Shown: positions 1-15,266, counted from the stretch's first letter. The stretch: 64,000 bases of DNA from the human T2T-CHM13v2.0 reference genome, Homo sapiens (GCF_009914755.1 NC_060929.1), one strand, 5' to 3'. A program made the numbers and translations. Notes: generated from the letters alone by a model not told the origin.

Positions 1-580
1 ACGGAGGGACCGGGGATGGACGGAGGGATCGAGGATGGACGGAGGGATCTGGGCTGGACGGAGGGACCGGGGATGGACGGAGGGATCCAGGATGGACAGA
101 GGGACCGGGGATGGACGGAGGGACAGGGGATGGACGGAGGGACCGAGGATGGACGGAGGGATCCAGGATGGACGGAGGGACCGGGGATGGACGGAGGGAC
201 CGGGGATGGACGGAGGGATCCGGGATGGACGGAGGGACCGGGGATGGACGGAGGGACCGGGGATGGACGGAGGGATCGGGGATGGACGGAGGGATCCGGG
301 ATGGACGGAGGGACCGGGGATGGACGGAGTGACCGGGGATGGACGGAGGGACCGGGGATGGACGGAGGGATCGGGGATGGACGGAGGGATCGGGGATGGA
401 TGGAGGGATCCGGGCTGGACGGAGGGACCGGGGATGGACGGAGGGACCGGGGATGGACGGAGGGATTGGGGATGGATGGAGGAACCGAGGATGGATGGAG
501 GGACCGAGGATGGATGGAGGGACCGAGGATGGATGGAGGGATCGAGGATAGATGGAGGGATCGAGGATGGATGGAGGGAT
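1..580. repeat. 19-bp minisatellite (ACGGAGGGACCGGGGATGG), about 30 copies visible, runs off window start
   Basis: Unit read directly; 19-aa periodicity in the ORF track; degenerates toward GGATGG-rich units at its right end. Confidence 0.95.
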
Positions 581-1131
581 GCCCAGCCTGCTGTGCTTTG
601 GGAGGCCTGACAGGTGGGCTCTCTCTGCCTGGCAGGTCCAGGGGGGCTTCCTGGAGGAGGAGACACTTGAGCTGAGAGTGGTGAGTGTCTACAGAGGGAG
701 CAGAATTCTTTCTTTTCTGTTCACTCTGGCCTCGGCCTGATAGCGTCCTCCTGCTACTCAAGGCTCCGCCTTTGGGCTGGTCCTGACCCCCAGGGCACAG
801 CCCCTGTCACAGCACCTTGCTGGTTGTCACTGTGGGCCCACGGAGCTGCCTTTCTCGCCAGCCTGGTGCTCCTCAAGGGCTCAGATGGACCCTGCTTCAC
901 CTGTGCTGGCCGTGCGGCGCAGCCTGGATGGACATGACCCTGAGCCTCAGCATCTCCACTGCAGTGGATGTCAGGGTGGGAGGACCCTGATAACCTTGCC
1001 AAGGTCGGCTGTGAACTGCTCATTCTGCCCCAGGGTCCCCCATGAGGCTGGGTGTCCAAGGGCCAGTGGTCCTGCCCTGGGAACTTTTCCCGGCCTGTCT
1101 ACCTCAGTGGCGGTCCACACGGAGGTCCTAC

Positions 1132-1227
1132 CTCAAAGTTGACGTGTCCATTGGGAAGGCGGTTGGCGCAGCCCTCATTCAGGAAGTAGATGTCTTTGAT
1201 GAGCAGGCTGAAGAAAGGAATGACAAT
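1132..1227 (-). CDS. RASGEF1C: RASGEF1C coding exon 10: IVIPFFSLLIKDIYFLNEGCANRLPNGHVNFE (gene continues left of window)
   Basis: tccAG acceptor, GAG|GTAGGA donor, 96 nt; CDC25 IPF..L.KDI.F..EG...NFE helical hairpin. Confidence 0.95.
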
Positions 1228-1674
1228 CTGGAAGAAAGAGGGGGCAGGTCGGCCCCAGCCGGCCCTCCACACAGCGGGCTCCAGGACGGGGGGCAGCCTT
1301 GCCAGCAGATAGCTGCCCCAGGGACCTCAGACCCGACCCCAGGGTGCAGAGGGCAGGGGAGACTTCCTGGGCTAGCCGGGGCCTTGGGACTTCACGGGTT
1401 ACGAGGTGAATTCCTGTGCACCATGGAGGGCAATAAGGACCCCAAAGAAAGGAGCAGGCGCGCATCACCCTGCAGAGCGCCGTGGTGCCACCGCCCGTCC
1501 TGGGGCTGGGTAAGAGATGCACAGTCACGATGACCCTTGAATATTCCTTCCACTGCCTTCTGGGAGGGGCTGGTAGGTCTCCACTACCCCCATCCCCATC
1601 CAAAGGTCCACAGGCTTGTGGGCACCGGGAGGTGCAGTCCCTGCTGAACACACTGTTGAAGACACATGGAATAG

Positions 1675-1961
<287 letters not shown>

Positions 1962-2384
1962 GGTGGCCTCCTTTTAAAAAAAAAAAAAAAAATTTAACAA
2001 TTTGTCCCCCTCTGTCTTTCTTGATGCTAAGATCTGATCCCGATGCACTTACTGTTAGACCAAAAGCAATTCTTGCTCCACTGCCTGAAGGAAAAGAAAG
2101 GCTCACGGACCCCGCCTGTGAAGGGCTGCGGGCTGCGTGCAGGCCCCCCCAGACTCTTCTGACCTCATTGTAGTGGGAGACACAGTTGTAGGAGTAACCT
2201 ACAAAATGAGGAGGCCTCATCTGGCAAATCTTTGCTAATCCCAACTCCCCACTGCCGGCTGGGTTTAGTCTCCATCTGTGCTCCCACAGAGCCCGCTACT
2301 TATGCCTTTATCAAGCCTGCGTGCCTCACTGCTGGGCTATATACAGGATTACTTTCCATCTTTACATGGTCCTGTGAAGCAGGG

Positions 2385-2490
2385 CTCTCATGACCCCATT
2401 TATACATGAGGAAGCTGAGGCCCAGAGAGGTTAAATACCTTGCATAAGCTCACACAGCAGTGAGCAGCGGAAGCAGGGCTGAGTCCCAGG
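2385..2490 (-). mobile_element. MIR fragment
   Basis: CCCCATTTATACATGAGGAAGCTGAGGCCCAGAGAGGTTAA resembles the MIR core. Confidence 0.75.
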
Positions 2491-3544
2491 TGGCTCTGCC
2501 CTAGTGCCCCGTCCTACCTCTTCCTCACTGTCCCGGGATCAGTGGTGGGGGGGGATTGTGGGGGTGGTCTGTGTCTGTGCCCTCCCTCAGTGGTGCTGAG
2601 TCCCCAGTCCTAGTGCAGGTTCTGGACAGCCGAACTGTGTTGGAACAGGGAGACGCACCAAGACAGGGAGGGGGTTTAAGGAATGTGGGACTCCGCACAC
2701 AGAGGAGGCTCCTCTGGGGCCTGGTCTGGGCTTCCTGGAGGCAGTGGCATTGAGCTGGTCCTCAAGAGGTGGCGCGTCCCATACGTGAGCACTTCTCACC
2801 CCTTCCGCCACGGCCACGCCACTCAAGGCCACCCCCCATGTCTGACCTGGTCTCCCTGCCCTCGCAGCAGCCAAACAGGCCTTTGTATCTGCAAATCCAC
2901 TGCCCTTGCTTCTGACATGAGAAGTTTAATTACAGCCCCGGTCAGCTTGGAGGTCACCCAGATAAGTGGGCCCTGTGACACAGACTGGGAGAGGGGCAGT
3001 TGCCGCCCACAGACAGGAAGGAAGCGTAAAGTGCTACGACCACCGAGATCTCCCAGCCCCATCAACTCAGCTGGGGCACCAGGAAGCTGTGAGCACCACT
3101 CTAAGTATCCCTTTCTCCTTCCTCCTTCCTTCCCTCCCTCTGCCCCTCCACCCCTCTCCACCCATAAAGCAGCTTTTGTGGGCCTAGCCCAAGACCCGCC
3201 TCTCTCTGGAAGTTAGAGGACAATGCGGTTAAAGTCAATACGCAGCTGTAAGCCGCCCGCCTACAGCACCAATGCACAGCATCCCAGCACCCAGAGCTGG
3301 AAGGGGCTCAGAACACAGGCATCCGAATCCCAGTCTGTCTACCTGCCCCACAGCCCCCGTGTCCCAGCGGAGATGAAGGAAGTAGTGCGGAGCGCCCAGG
3401 CCATGGCTGACGGCTCCCAGCCCAGCTCGGCACCAAGCTCCTGTACACCGACTCTGCATCCAACCTAGGCCTGTAGCCAGTGCCCTGCGACCACCACACA
3501 CACCCACTGCCTGGGAACAGGAGTCAGCCTGGCGGTGTGCAGAC

Positions 3545-3705
3545 CACGAGCTTCAGAGCCAGACAGGCTGGAGTGTGATCCTGGCTCCGCCACCTACCTG
3601 CAGTGTGAGTGGACTAGTGAGGTCTCCCGCCCGAGACTCAGTCTGCTGATCTGGGAATTGGCAATGCTGATGCCCCCATAGAGTCGTTGTCAGAATTCAG
3701 TTGGG
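3545..3705 (+). mobile_element. MIR fragment
   Basis: GAGCCAGACAGGCTGG...GATCCTGGCTCCGCCACC...CTCAGTCTGCTGATCTG. Confidence 0.6.
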
Positions 3706-4228
3706 GTATGGAGGCCAAGTGGCTGGAATGAGGCAGGTGCTCAGTGACATGAGGTTCCTACCCCTGCTGTCTGGCTTCCCGGGCTCCGGCTCCTGGCAGG
3801 CCGCCACCTGCCCTGGGATTTGAGGTCTCGCATCCCTGGGTGCTGCTCCCCTCTGCAGCAGACCCCTGCCTGGGACCCAGAGTCACTGACACACTCACAG
3901 CCTGAACAGGAAAGGCCAGCTGGACAGGACAGAGCCATCCGTGTGGCCGGTGTCTGCCCCTTGGGTGGAGGGCCAAGAAGGCCCGGCAGGTGGCACAAGC
4001 GTGCACACCTCAGCTTGCTTCCCAAACCTGCCCACTGGCTTCCCTCCAGTGCAATTCCAGGGGCACCTGCATTCCAACACCAGCGATGTGTTCTATTATC
4101 CTCAAGCTGGAGACAGACATGCATGCACCACAGCAGGGACCTGATCCCACCAATGTTCCCGCATGGCACGGGCCTTCAAAGGTACAACAAGTCTTGGAGT
4201 TTCCTCTCCATAGAGATGAACAACTCTA

Positions 4229-4787
<559 letters not shown>

Positions 4788-5285
4788 TTACGTTTAGAAT
4801 CAGGGAGGTGGAAGATCCTGTGTACCTGGCACCTCAATTTTATCTGAAACAGAAGAAATTTTGACAAATGGAGCTGTTTAGGGACCAAAGGGCCCCAAGT
4901 GGGGAGGAGCCTGGAAACTGTAGTGTGGCAGGGCAGGTCTGGGGCCGCTGACTCCGGAGAAGAGAGGAGAGGCCACAGGGGCTCTGAAGAACTGGTGAGC
5001 AGAAGACGAAGTGGCCTCACTCGTGTGGCCCCCCAAGAAAGGATGACCCCAGGCAGCCCGGCTTCAGGCCCTCATGAAGCACTTCCTGTCAGTCAGAGCT
5101 GTCTGAGGCTGGCTTCCCTCAGGTTTTGGGAGGTGGTGAGTTCCCCACGCTGGAGGCACGCAAGCAAGGAGACCTGGCTGTCTATTACTGATGCTGCAGG
5201 GGGCAGGAGCTGCAGCAAGTGAACTCTGAGCCAGCACCCAGGTTCCCTGCTGCAGCCCCCCTGGGCCAACGTGGCCCCGACCTAC

Positions 5286-5381
5286 CTTCTCTCGGCTGCT
5301 GTGGGCCGTCAGGGAGCGGTGGGCCGCCCCGCGCAGGGCTGTCCTGTAGTTGCAGAAATTCCCCGTTGGGTCCATCTGGTG
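5286..5381 (-). CDS. RASGEF1C: RASGEF1C coding exon 9: HQMDPTGNFCNYRTALRGAAHRSLTAHSSREK
   Basis: tccAG acceptor, AAG|GTAGGT donor, 96 nt; NF.NYR motif. Confidence 0.95.
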
Positions 5382-5463
5382 CTGGAAGGAGACAGGGAGG
5401 CATGTGGGCAGTTCTGTCCAGGGGATGGCCGGAGGCACCCGGCAGCCCAGCAGCCTCATTTAC

Positions 5464-5543
5464 CTCGAGGATGAAAAACTTGGCCGTCCTCACTTTGGCC
5501 CAGGTCTTCTTCAGCCTGGAGACAGGGCTCATGTTCATGCCGG
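5464..5543 (-). CDS. RASGEF1C: RASGEF1C coding exon 8: (S)GMNMSPVSRLKKTWAKVRTAKFFILE
   Basis: tccAG acceptor, GAG|GTAAAT donor, 80 nt restores phase 0; RLKKTW motif. Confidence 0.96.
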
Positions 5544-6022
5544 CTGGAAGAGGGAGGAGGGTTGGAGAGGGCTGCTCCTGGGACAGGGGGGCCTCTGCGT
5601 AGCTGCACCCCCTTGGACTGCACTCTGACCAGGGCTGAGGTCTGCAGGGCTCAGCCTGTCACATGGTGGGTGGGTGAGGGGGTGCTGGTGGACATCATGG
5701 TCAGGTAGGCCTGCTGCCACCATGCTGGTCCCATTCTGTACCAAGCACCTGCACTGGGCCCTCGTTCTCTCTGGGTCTGGGGACATACCACCAAGCCCTC
5801 ACCAAACATCCCGAGGGGGCTGGGCTTGCCTCAAAAGGGGTGGCTCCCCAGGACCTCTGAGGTGGGGACATGGGGCTGCCCAGGCCTTCAGAGAGCCCGG
5901 CCCACGCCCTCCCGCTGCTCAGAGGAGAGCCCTGGCTTGCACTCTGCCTGCCTGGCTGCACCCACTCCGGCCTCTCGGGGGACCCGTGCACTGGGGGCCA
6001 CAGGCCAGGCCGGCCCACTCAC

Positions 6023-6125
6023 AGATGATGGCCATGAGGGAGTTGAAGTTGCCGATGTTGAAGCACTCGCGGGCCACGTCGATGAAGAACTCAATCACCT
6101 GGGCCCTCTGCTTCTTCTTGGCTGG
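6023..6125 (-). CDS. RASGEF1C: RASGEF1C coding exon 7: PAKKKQRAQVIEFFIDVARECFNIGNFNSLMAII(S)
   Basis: cccAG acceptor, TCT|GTGAGT donor, 103 nt (phase 1); CDC25 NFNSLMAI signature. Confidence 0.96.
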
Positions 6126-7736
6126 CTGGGGACAGGGCAGCAGAGCCTCAGTGGTGACACGCCTCCACCCTGCCCTGATCAGGCCCGCTCCCCTCACCTG
6201 GCCCGCTTCACCTTCTCTAAACCCATTGCACAGCTGAGGCACTTGAGGCTCAGGGTAAACAGGGTCTCAGAGTGCTTCATGGGCTGAGCCAGCAGAGCCC
6301 AATGCCATAGAGGGCTAGGTGGGCCCGGTGGGGGCACGGGTACCCCCTGTAGCCCTGGAGCTGCTGAGAGGCACCTTCAGGAGAGGCTCCATGGCTCCCC
6401 TCCAGCGCCCTCCTCCCTCTGGGCCCAGCTCCCACCCCACTCTTCCCCTGAATTAGAGAGCCCCAACTACTTGCCCCCAGCCCTGGGCTTTCTCCTCTCA
6501 CTGGGGTACAAGTTGGCCCTGAGGCCTGTCCCTCGAGCAGCCCCTCCGCTCTCTCCATCTGACAACTGCGTGACTGGTAAACCCTTGTCTGTGGCCAGGC
6601 GCTCGGGACTTCAGACCCCTGTGATGCGCAGAACCACACCATGTCCTTCCCCAGCCATCCTGGGCTGCAGCTGGCTCCCTGGGGGGCTCAGGCCAGGCTT
6701 CGCCCAGGCTCGGCCCTCTCACCTGCAGCCAGCGGCGTGAGGGTAGGAAGTGGGCTGGGCCGGTGGGGCCCGCGTTGCATTCTTTCCACACAGGTCGGTG
6801 TTGCTTGCCTACCAAAGATGCACCAAGGGGTCTTTACTGTCACCAAGAAGTGGGGTGTTGTGCTCTGAGATGTGTCACCAAACCCCCTTCCAGGGGCTGT
6901 CTTGGCCACAGAGAGCTGCGCACCCAAGGCTGGCCCTGTCCTTTGAAGGGCAGTCCGCCCTGTGATGGGGGCTGAGCCAGGTGGGGGACAGAGGCCAACT
7001 CCTGTGTCCATCGCCACGTCGCATGGGGCCGCCTCCTCTCTACTCTTCTCCGCAGGTGTGGACCCCTCATGAACATGTGCCCCATACTCAGTCTCAGCAC
7101 CTGCTGCGGAGAGCCCAGCCTGGCCCAGCGCTGCCTCCAGCCTGGCCCTGAGATGAGCAGCCCCCTGGGCTTCAGCTCAAGGTGAGAGAGTGGGTTCAGA
7201 GGAGGGTCCCTCTGCTGCAAGGAGGAGGACGGGTGGGTGTGGCCAGGCGGGACCGTGACTCAGGGACAAGCACGTCTGGCTCCAGGCTGCTGAGTGTTGG
7301 TGCTTTCCAGGAGCAGCTAGAACCACGGGCTTTTACGTGCATCTCCCAGTGCTCAAAGGTCGGCTCTCGTCCTCCTCTAGGTCCCGAGCCAGCCAAACGA
7401 GGCCCGTTGCAGGCCAGGCTGCCCAAGGCAGGCCGGCACAGATGGAGAGAGCAGAGCCACTGGGGCTGGGAGTGACGGCCTCTCACTCCTTCAGCAAACC
7501 CTCTCCAGCACCCTCTGTGCCTGGCCGGTGGATCTGGCCTGGGTTCTACTTGGAGGGAAATGTCACTGTAGGAAAGCTGGTGTCACCTGGAGTACTGGAG
7601 GGGTGCCCAGCCTGGCCTTGGACTTAGAAATGAATAAGACTCAAGGTGTCCTTCCGGTTCCTTCCCCCGTGGGCTCCTCCCAACTCCGGCCGCCTGGGGC
7701 TATGCCAGGTGGTGCCCACCCTGGCTGTCTACTCAC

Positions 7737-7826
7737 CATGCAGATCTCAGTTGCCACCAGGTAGCACAGCCTGTTGAACCATTTCACATAAGCCTCCAGG
7801 TTGCTGGTCTTGTCACTGAAGCAGGG
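7737..7826 (-). CDS. RASGEF1C: RASGEF1C coding exon 6: PCFSDKTSNLEAYVKWFNRLCYLVATEICM
   Basis: tctAG acceptor, ATG|GTGAGT donor, 90 nt; CDC25 FNRL..LVATEI motif. Confidence 0.95.
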
Positions 7827-7988
7827 CTAGAACAAACACAGCACACGGGACCACGTTCTGAGCCTTTTTGTCTATCATCTTTTAGAGCATGAAGTCAGTT
7901 CATGATCCTTACGATCTGGGAAATGTTAAAACCCCCAAACCATCCAGAAATACCAAAGATTTGGTATGTACGCTTTCAGTCCTCTTAA

Positions 7989-8289
<301 letters not shown>

Positions 8290-8312
8290 AAAAATACATT
8301 TTAAAATGTAAC

Positions 8313-8314
<2 letters not shown>

Positions 8315-8345
<31 letters not shown>
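8315..8345. repeat. (CA)n microsatellite, about 15 units
   Basis: Direct reading. Confidence 0.95.
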
Positions 8346-8347
<2 letters not shown>

Positions 8348-8932
8348 CTCATTATTCCTGGATCCTGTATTTGCAAATTTGCCTGCTCTCTAAAATGTAT
8401 TCGTAACCCCAAAAACTTGTGTCACTTTCGTGGTCGTCTGTACACACGTGTGCGGTGGCAAAAATATCGAAGTCATGAGCGTCCGTGAGCATCTCCAGAG
8501 GAGGCTAAGCAATGCTTTGTCCCGCATCACACGCTCAGACTTGGCCTACTGAGTATCATGTCCTTTGCATTTTCATGCTTTTTGCTGATAATTTCATTGC
8601 TGAGAAAGGCCCCCAAGCATGGTGCTGAAGTGCCGTCTAGTATTCCCATGCGCACAAAGGCTGCTCTGTGCCTCACAGAGAAAATGTGTGTGACATCAGC
8701 ATTCAGCTGTGAGTAACAGCACTGTTAGCCATGAGATCAATAGTAATCAATATATATTAAATAATGTCTTTAAACATAAGCACACATAAAACAAGGTGAT
8801 ATATTGATCCGCTGGCAAAAGCCTTGTGATGAGAGTCTCACAGGAGCCTAACCTTGCAGTTGCCCCCGGGAGCGATGGTTCTGTGCTCCCTCACTCGGTG
8901 CTGCAGCTGCTGGGAGTAATGGGCACCAGCTG
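8346..8932 (+). mobile_element. MER44-type (TcMar-Tigger) DNA transposon remnant
   Basis: TGTATTTGCAAATTTGCC...GTAACCCCAAAA; GGCCCCCAAGCATGGTGCTGAAGTG...; CACACATAAAACAAGGT match MER44/Tigger7 as remembered. Confidence 0.75.
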
Positions 8933-9119
8933 TGTGTATGCATGCATCTATCATAACCATATATATTCCCATGCCTTGCTATGCGAACCTTTCCCTGTGC
9001 CATAACATATCCTTTGGAAAAAAAATTTTTAAATGGATTTAGAACTTTCCACTGTATAATATACCACCATTTAAAAGATGAAACTTAACCTAAATGTGTT
9101 TGTTAAAACTGCCAGGGTA

Positions 9120-9511
<392 letters not shown>

Positions 9512-10700
9512 TCATCCAAAGGAAGCAAAGGAAGGAGGAAAAAGAAACAGATAAGGAAGATAACTATGTGGTACAACAGAAGATAGCAAGAACAAATTCT
9601 TATGGACTAGTGATTACAACACTGTAATTAACAAATGCAGCTGCTTGCCACTTTCAAGAGATACACTCCAAACACAAGGATATAAGTAAAAAAAAGAGAA
9701 AAATATATCTGATAAATATTACGTAACTATATTAACATTGAACAAAATAGACTTTAAGGCAACAAAAAAGACCCTGAGGCAAAAAGCTGTAGGAGAAATT
9801 GCATAATGATAAAAGGGTCAGCTCATCAGGGATATGTCACAAGTCTTAACTTGATTGCAGCTAGTAACATAGGTTCAATATATGGAGGCAAAAACAATCA
9901 GAAAGCTGAAGTTCTTTATCAGGAGAAGTTGAGTCCTACAGTCACATGGAAGATTTTAACACACATGACGGTAACTAGTAGCTTAGGGAGATTGAAAAAG
10001 AAAAACAAAACGCAACCCAGGATGAATACGAATCTCAACAACACAATTTGAAGCAATAAACAAACACGGAAACTTGAACTTAACTACTTGAGAATACGCA
10101 TTCTTTTCAAATGTTCAGAAACTTAAAAAATTTTTTGAAATAATCTATGTTTCAAAGATGAAATCATAATGGAATTAGAATGATAATGAAAATGTTAAAA
10201 AATAAAACTTGGAGGCTGTAAATAAAAATTTATGTAAAAAGAAATCAACCATCTTTCATGCTTTTATTAGAAAAGAAGGATAAAAACAAGCTGAACATCC
10301 AACATAAGAAACTAGAAAAAGAATAACAGTATAAATCCAAAGAAAGTAGATGGAAGGAAATAATAAAGAGTAGAGAAGAAAGAAATGAAATAGTAAAAAA
10401 AACTGCAATCTACAGAATCAACAAAGTCAAAAGATCTTTATTTGAAAACATTAATAAAATTGATGAACCTCGGATAAGATTGATAAAGAAACAAAGAGAG
10501 GTGTAAATAATCAAAATACTAGAGATGGATCAATGTAGATGTGAAGAAATTAAAAAGATACCTAGAGAATATTACAAATAATTGTATGTCTATAAATTTG
10601 GAAACTTAGGGGAAATGGCCAAATTCCTAGGAAAATATAAATTACAAAACAGACTAAAGAAGAAACATAAAACCTAAATAGTCCTAAAACCATTAAATTA

Positions 10701-10925
<225 letters not shown>

Positions 10926-11203
10926 CTAGATGGTTCCACTGGCTAATTCTACAAAATGCTCCAAGAACAAGTAATTCCAGTCTTTCAGGAAGAATAGAGA
11001 TCAGGGTAAGAGAAACAAAGACTACACAAGAACAGTATCAGAAGGGGAAATAACAGTTCAGTCTCACTGACGATTATAGTTGCAGAAATCCTAAAACATT
11101 AGCAAACCAAATCCAGGGAAGTGTGAAAAAGATAATGATTTCATTTATCCCAGTTTCGTTTATCTCAGAAATGCAAAGTTGGTTCAACATTGATTAAAAA
11201 AAC

Positions 11204-11507
11204 AGCCTGGCGCAGTGGCTCACGCCTGTAATCCCAGCATTTTGGGAGGCCGAGGAGGGTGGATCACTTGAGGTCGGGAGTTCGGGAACAGCCTGACCAA
11301 CATGGTGAAATCCTATCTCTACTAAAAATACAAAAATAGCTGAGCTTGGTGGTGGGCACCTGTAATCCTAGCTATTTGGAAGGCTGAGGCAGGAGAATCT
11401 CTTGAATCCAGGAGGCGGACGTTGTAGTGAGCGAAGATCGTGCTATTGCACTCCAGCCTGGGCAACAAGTGCAAAACTCCGTCTCAAACAACAACAGCAA
11501 TAAAAAA
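11204..11507 (+). mobile_element. AluSx-like
   Basis: Alu consensus with (CAA)-type tail. Confidence 0.9.
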
Positions 11508-11510
11508 CTA

Positions 11511-11846
<336 letters not shown>

Positions 11847-12157
11847 TTATTTTAAAAACTAATATAAACAATCAGCTAACAGTTTAAAGGAGAAGAGAAT
11901 ATGTGAGTAACAGATCCAGAAAAAATAAATGAAATTTAACAACCATTCATGATGAGAATTCTGAGAAAACTAGGAAGGAACAGGATACTTCCTTAAGCTG
12001 ATAATAGACATCTCAAGAAATCCTGTAGCAAACATCATACTCTATTGGGACAACACGTTAAAAGCATTCCTTTGAAAATCAGGATAAAATAAGGATGCCA
12101 GCTATCAATACTTCTATTTGACATTGTACCAGAGGTGCAAGTTAGCACAATAAGTTA

Positions 12158-12459
<302 letters not shown>

Positions 12460-12464
12460 CTAAT

Positions 12465-12580
12465 CTTAATTGCTAATATAAATATTGATAAATATAATCC
12501 ATATAACCAAAAGTTAATTGGGGTCCTTAATAATTTTTAAGAGTATAAAGGGATCCTGAGCCTTTTGAGAACGGACACCC
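12465..12580 (+). mobile_element. hAT-Charlie-like terminal fragment
   Basis: GGGGTCCTTAATAATTTTTAAGAGTATAAAGGGATCCTGAG...TTTGAGAAC resembles a Charlie1 3' end. Confidence 0.55.
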
Positions 12581-12782
12581 TACAGAAAGTGTGCACTCGT
12601 GTATACCAGCGGGTGTAAGAATGTCCACTGTGGGAATATTTATAACAGCAAAAAGCTGGACACACAAATGTTCATCTACAGTAGGGGGATAAAACAAATG
12701 TCATGTGTCGTCTTGATGTATTTCACAATAAAAAAGTAATATTTGGAAATGGCCCCAAACCAAACAATCTTGTAAGAATCTC

Positions 12783-13185
<403 letters not shown>

Positions 13186-13729
13186 TTACCCTCTTTTTTT
13201 GTTACCCAAATGGTCACACACTCTCGCCCCTGCTCTTCCCTCTACCGTTTTCTCTCAGTGCCTGGAGGGATAGGTCTTGGAGGTTGTTCTGTCCACCTTA
13301 TTCCCTTTCACAGCTGCACACCATTCTAGTTATAGACGTTTCATAATTTGTAATCCAGTCCCCATGGGTGATAAGGCAATCTGCCCCCAGTGTTTGGCCA
13401 TAATAAACATTGTCTATCCCAAATATCTTCGTCCGTGCATGTTCGTGTACATGGGTGTGTATCTGTGGGATAAATTCGTAGGTATGGAAAATTGGGGTCA
13501 AGAAAGTCCATTTAGAGCGTCGATGCTAGTGCCAGTCTCCCCTCCAAAGTGGCTGCGCCAGCTTCACCCCAGCAGCCACGTGGAGTGTGTCTTCCACAAT
13601 GTGTCTAACCTACTAGGTGATTTTTGCTTATCTGAGAAGTGAAAATGCAATCTCATAGTTTGTACTTTTATTAGGTGTGAGGGCAGAAGGCACAATGTTT
13701 GCAATTCTGGCTTGGATTTAGCCCGTGGG

Positions 13730-14220
13730 AGGCACCGGCACCCTGCTGGTTGGGCTCCCAGAAGGGCGGGATCGAAATCCGGGTGCGTGGGCTGTGTCCT
13801 GAGCACCGGGACCCAGGAGTTCCCTTACCCATCCCGGGCAGCGGGCAGCAACCCGCGCTTCCCCGCGTGGCCGCTGGAGGGCACCGGCGCCCACCGAAAC
13901 GCACCGGGAAGGCGCACGGGGTCCCGGAGCGCGCCAGGGGGCCCTCCACCCTCCTCCCTGCCCAGGGTCCTGGCCCACCCGAGCAGCGCGGCCCACGGCC
14001 TGGTTCCTGGCCCACTCCTCCTCCCTCGCTGGGTGGGTGACCCCCACGTCCCGCACGTCCAGGCTTTCCGGGGACTCGGGACTCGGTTGTCGTGGTGCGC
14101 CCCCGAGCTGGAGGGGCGTGGCGGAGTGGGCAGGGCCCCCCGAGCCCACCTGTCCCACTCTGGGCCACTCCAGCGCTCGCCCAGAGAAGGCTCGCGGGCT
14201 CCCCGGAGAGCGGCCAGTCA
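13730..14220. promoter_or_regulatory. Intragenic CpG-rich island just downstream of coding exon 5
   Basis: High density of CG dinucleotides in non-repeat, GC-rich sequence. Confidence 0.6.
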
Positions 14221-14264
14221 CTGGGTGAGGCTCACTTTTGGGACAGCCCGTAAGAGCCTCCTAC

Positions 14265-14339
14265 CTTTGTGCTGGCCAGAGGGTCCTTGTTCACAAAGGC
14301 CTGGACAAACTCCTCAGGCCCGATGTGCCGCAGCCGCTC
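14265..14339 (-). CDS. RASGEF1C: RASGEF1C coding exon 5: ERLRHIGPEEFVQAFVNKDPLASTK
   Basis: tgcAG acceptor, AAG|GTAGGA donor, 75 nt; missed by the ORF track, read by hand. Confidence 0.93.
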
Positions 14340-14654
14340 CTGCAGGGAAGGGTGAAGAGTGGGTAAAAGAGGGAAGGTATGGGGAGGGGGTGTCCACTGG
14401 GGGGCCTGCCGTGGTGCCCCAGCCCCTAGTCCTCCTCACAACAGTCACTCTGCAACTGCCCTCCCCACTGGGGCTTGGAGACCCTGTTTTAGGTTGTCAC
14501 AGAGCTCAGCGCCTTCCCTGGAGGAGGCAGCCCCTCCTTTCCCGGTTCATGGGGGCAGGGAGCAATGCTATGAGGCGTGACGCCCAGGGAAGCCAGGCTC
14601 CACGCTGGGTAACTGAAGTGGCCTGCTTCCTCTGCGGGGTGGAGGGGCTGGTGG

Positions 14655-14770
14655 CTAGGAGCATGGCATCTGGGTCAGAATCAAACCCTGGCTCTGTCCC
14701 TTCTGCTGTGTGACTTTGGCAAGTCGCTTCACCTTTCTGGGCCTTAGTTTCCTCTGTGTACAGGGCCTGC
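14655..14770 (+). mobile_element. MIR fragment
   Basis: TCAAACCCTGGCTCTG...GCTGTGTGACTTTGGCAAGTC...CCTTAGTTTCCTC. Confidence 0.75.
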
Positions 14771-15065
14771 CTGGCCAGGTGATGGAGACATGAGCGAGCG
14801 CACGGGAGCGCGCTGAAGAGTGCCTGGAGAGCAGGGAGGTCGCCATCAACCCTCAGTCTCAAAGGGAAGAACCCGCCCCAGCCTCCCTCTCCCTGGGGTG
14901 GGCCCTTGGCCTCTGCATCCACAAGGGGCCCAGTGCATGCTCGAGGCTAGGCCAGGGCCTCCTTCACAAGCTTGTGGGGCTGCTCTGGGAAGCCAGGGAG
15001 GGCACAGTGTATCTGTGTGTGTCCTGCTGAATCCCGGGTGAGGAAGGTGGTTTGGGCCGGCTTAC

Positions 15066-15266
15066 CAGTTCCACGTGGGTCAGCTGCTGGGCCAGTGTGT
15101 AGGGGTCGCTGCAGACACCAAGGAGCTCCCTGTGGATGGAGGCTGGTGGCTTGGTCCTGTAGGAGATGGGCTTGTCGGCACCCACCAGACCTTCTGGCCC
15201 CTGGCGCAGAGCCGCCAGCTTCTGGTGCAGAGCCTGTAGGAGCTGATGCATCCTCTTCCGGTATGC
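15066..15266 (-). CDS. RASGEF1C: RASGEF1C coding exon 4: AYRKRMHQLL...DPYTLAQQLTHVEL
   Basis: accAG acceptor, CTG|GTAAGC donor, 201 nt; LAQQLT motif opens the CDC25 domain. Confidence 0.95.

Noticed and set aside
16-675. Overlapping 219/191-aa G/D/R-rich ORFs
   Set aside because: Translation of the stop-free 19-bp minisatellite, open in several frames and antisense within an intron.
14231-14264. Second donor (AAA|GTGAGC) 29 nt past the exon 5 donor
   Set aside because: Would shift the frame and has weak exonic positions; no supporting evidence.
13712-14713. 333-aa plus-strand ORF
   Set aside because: GC-rich, stop-poor sequence running antisense across coding exon 5 and into a MIR; non-ATG start and no recognisable domain.
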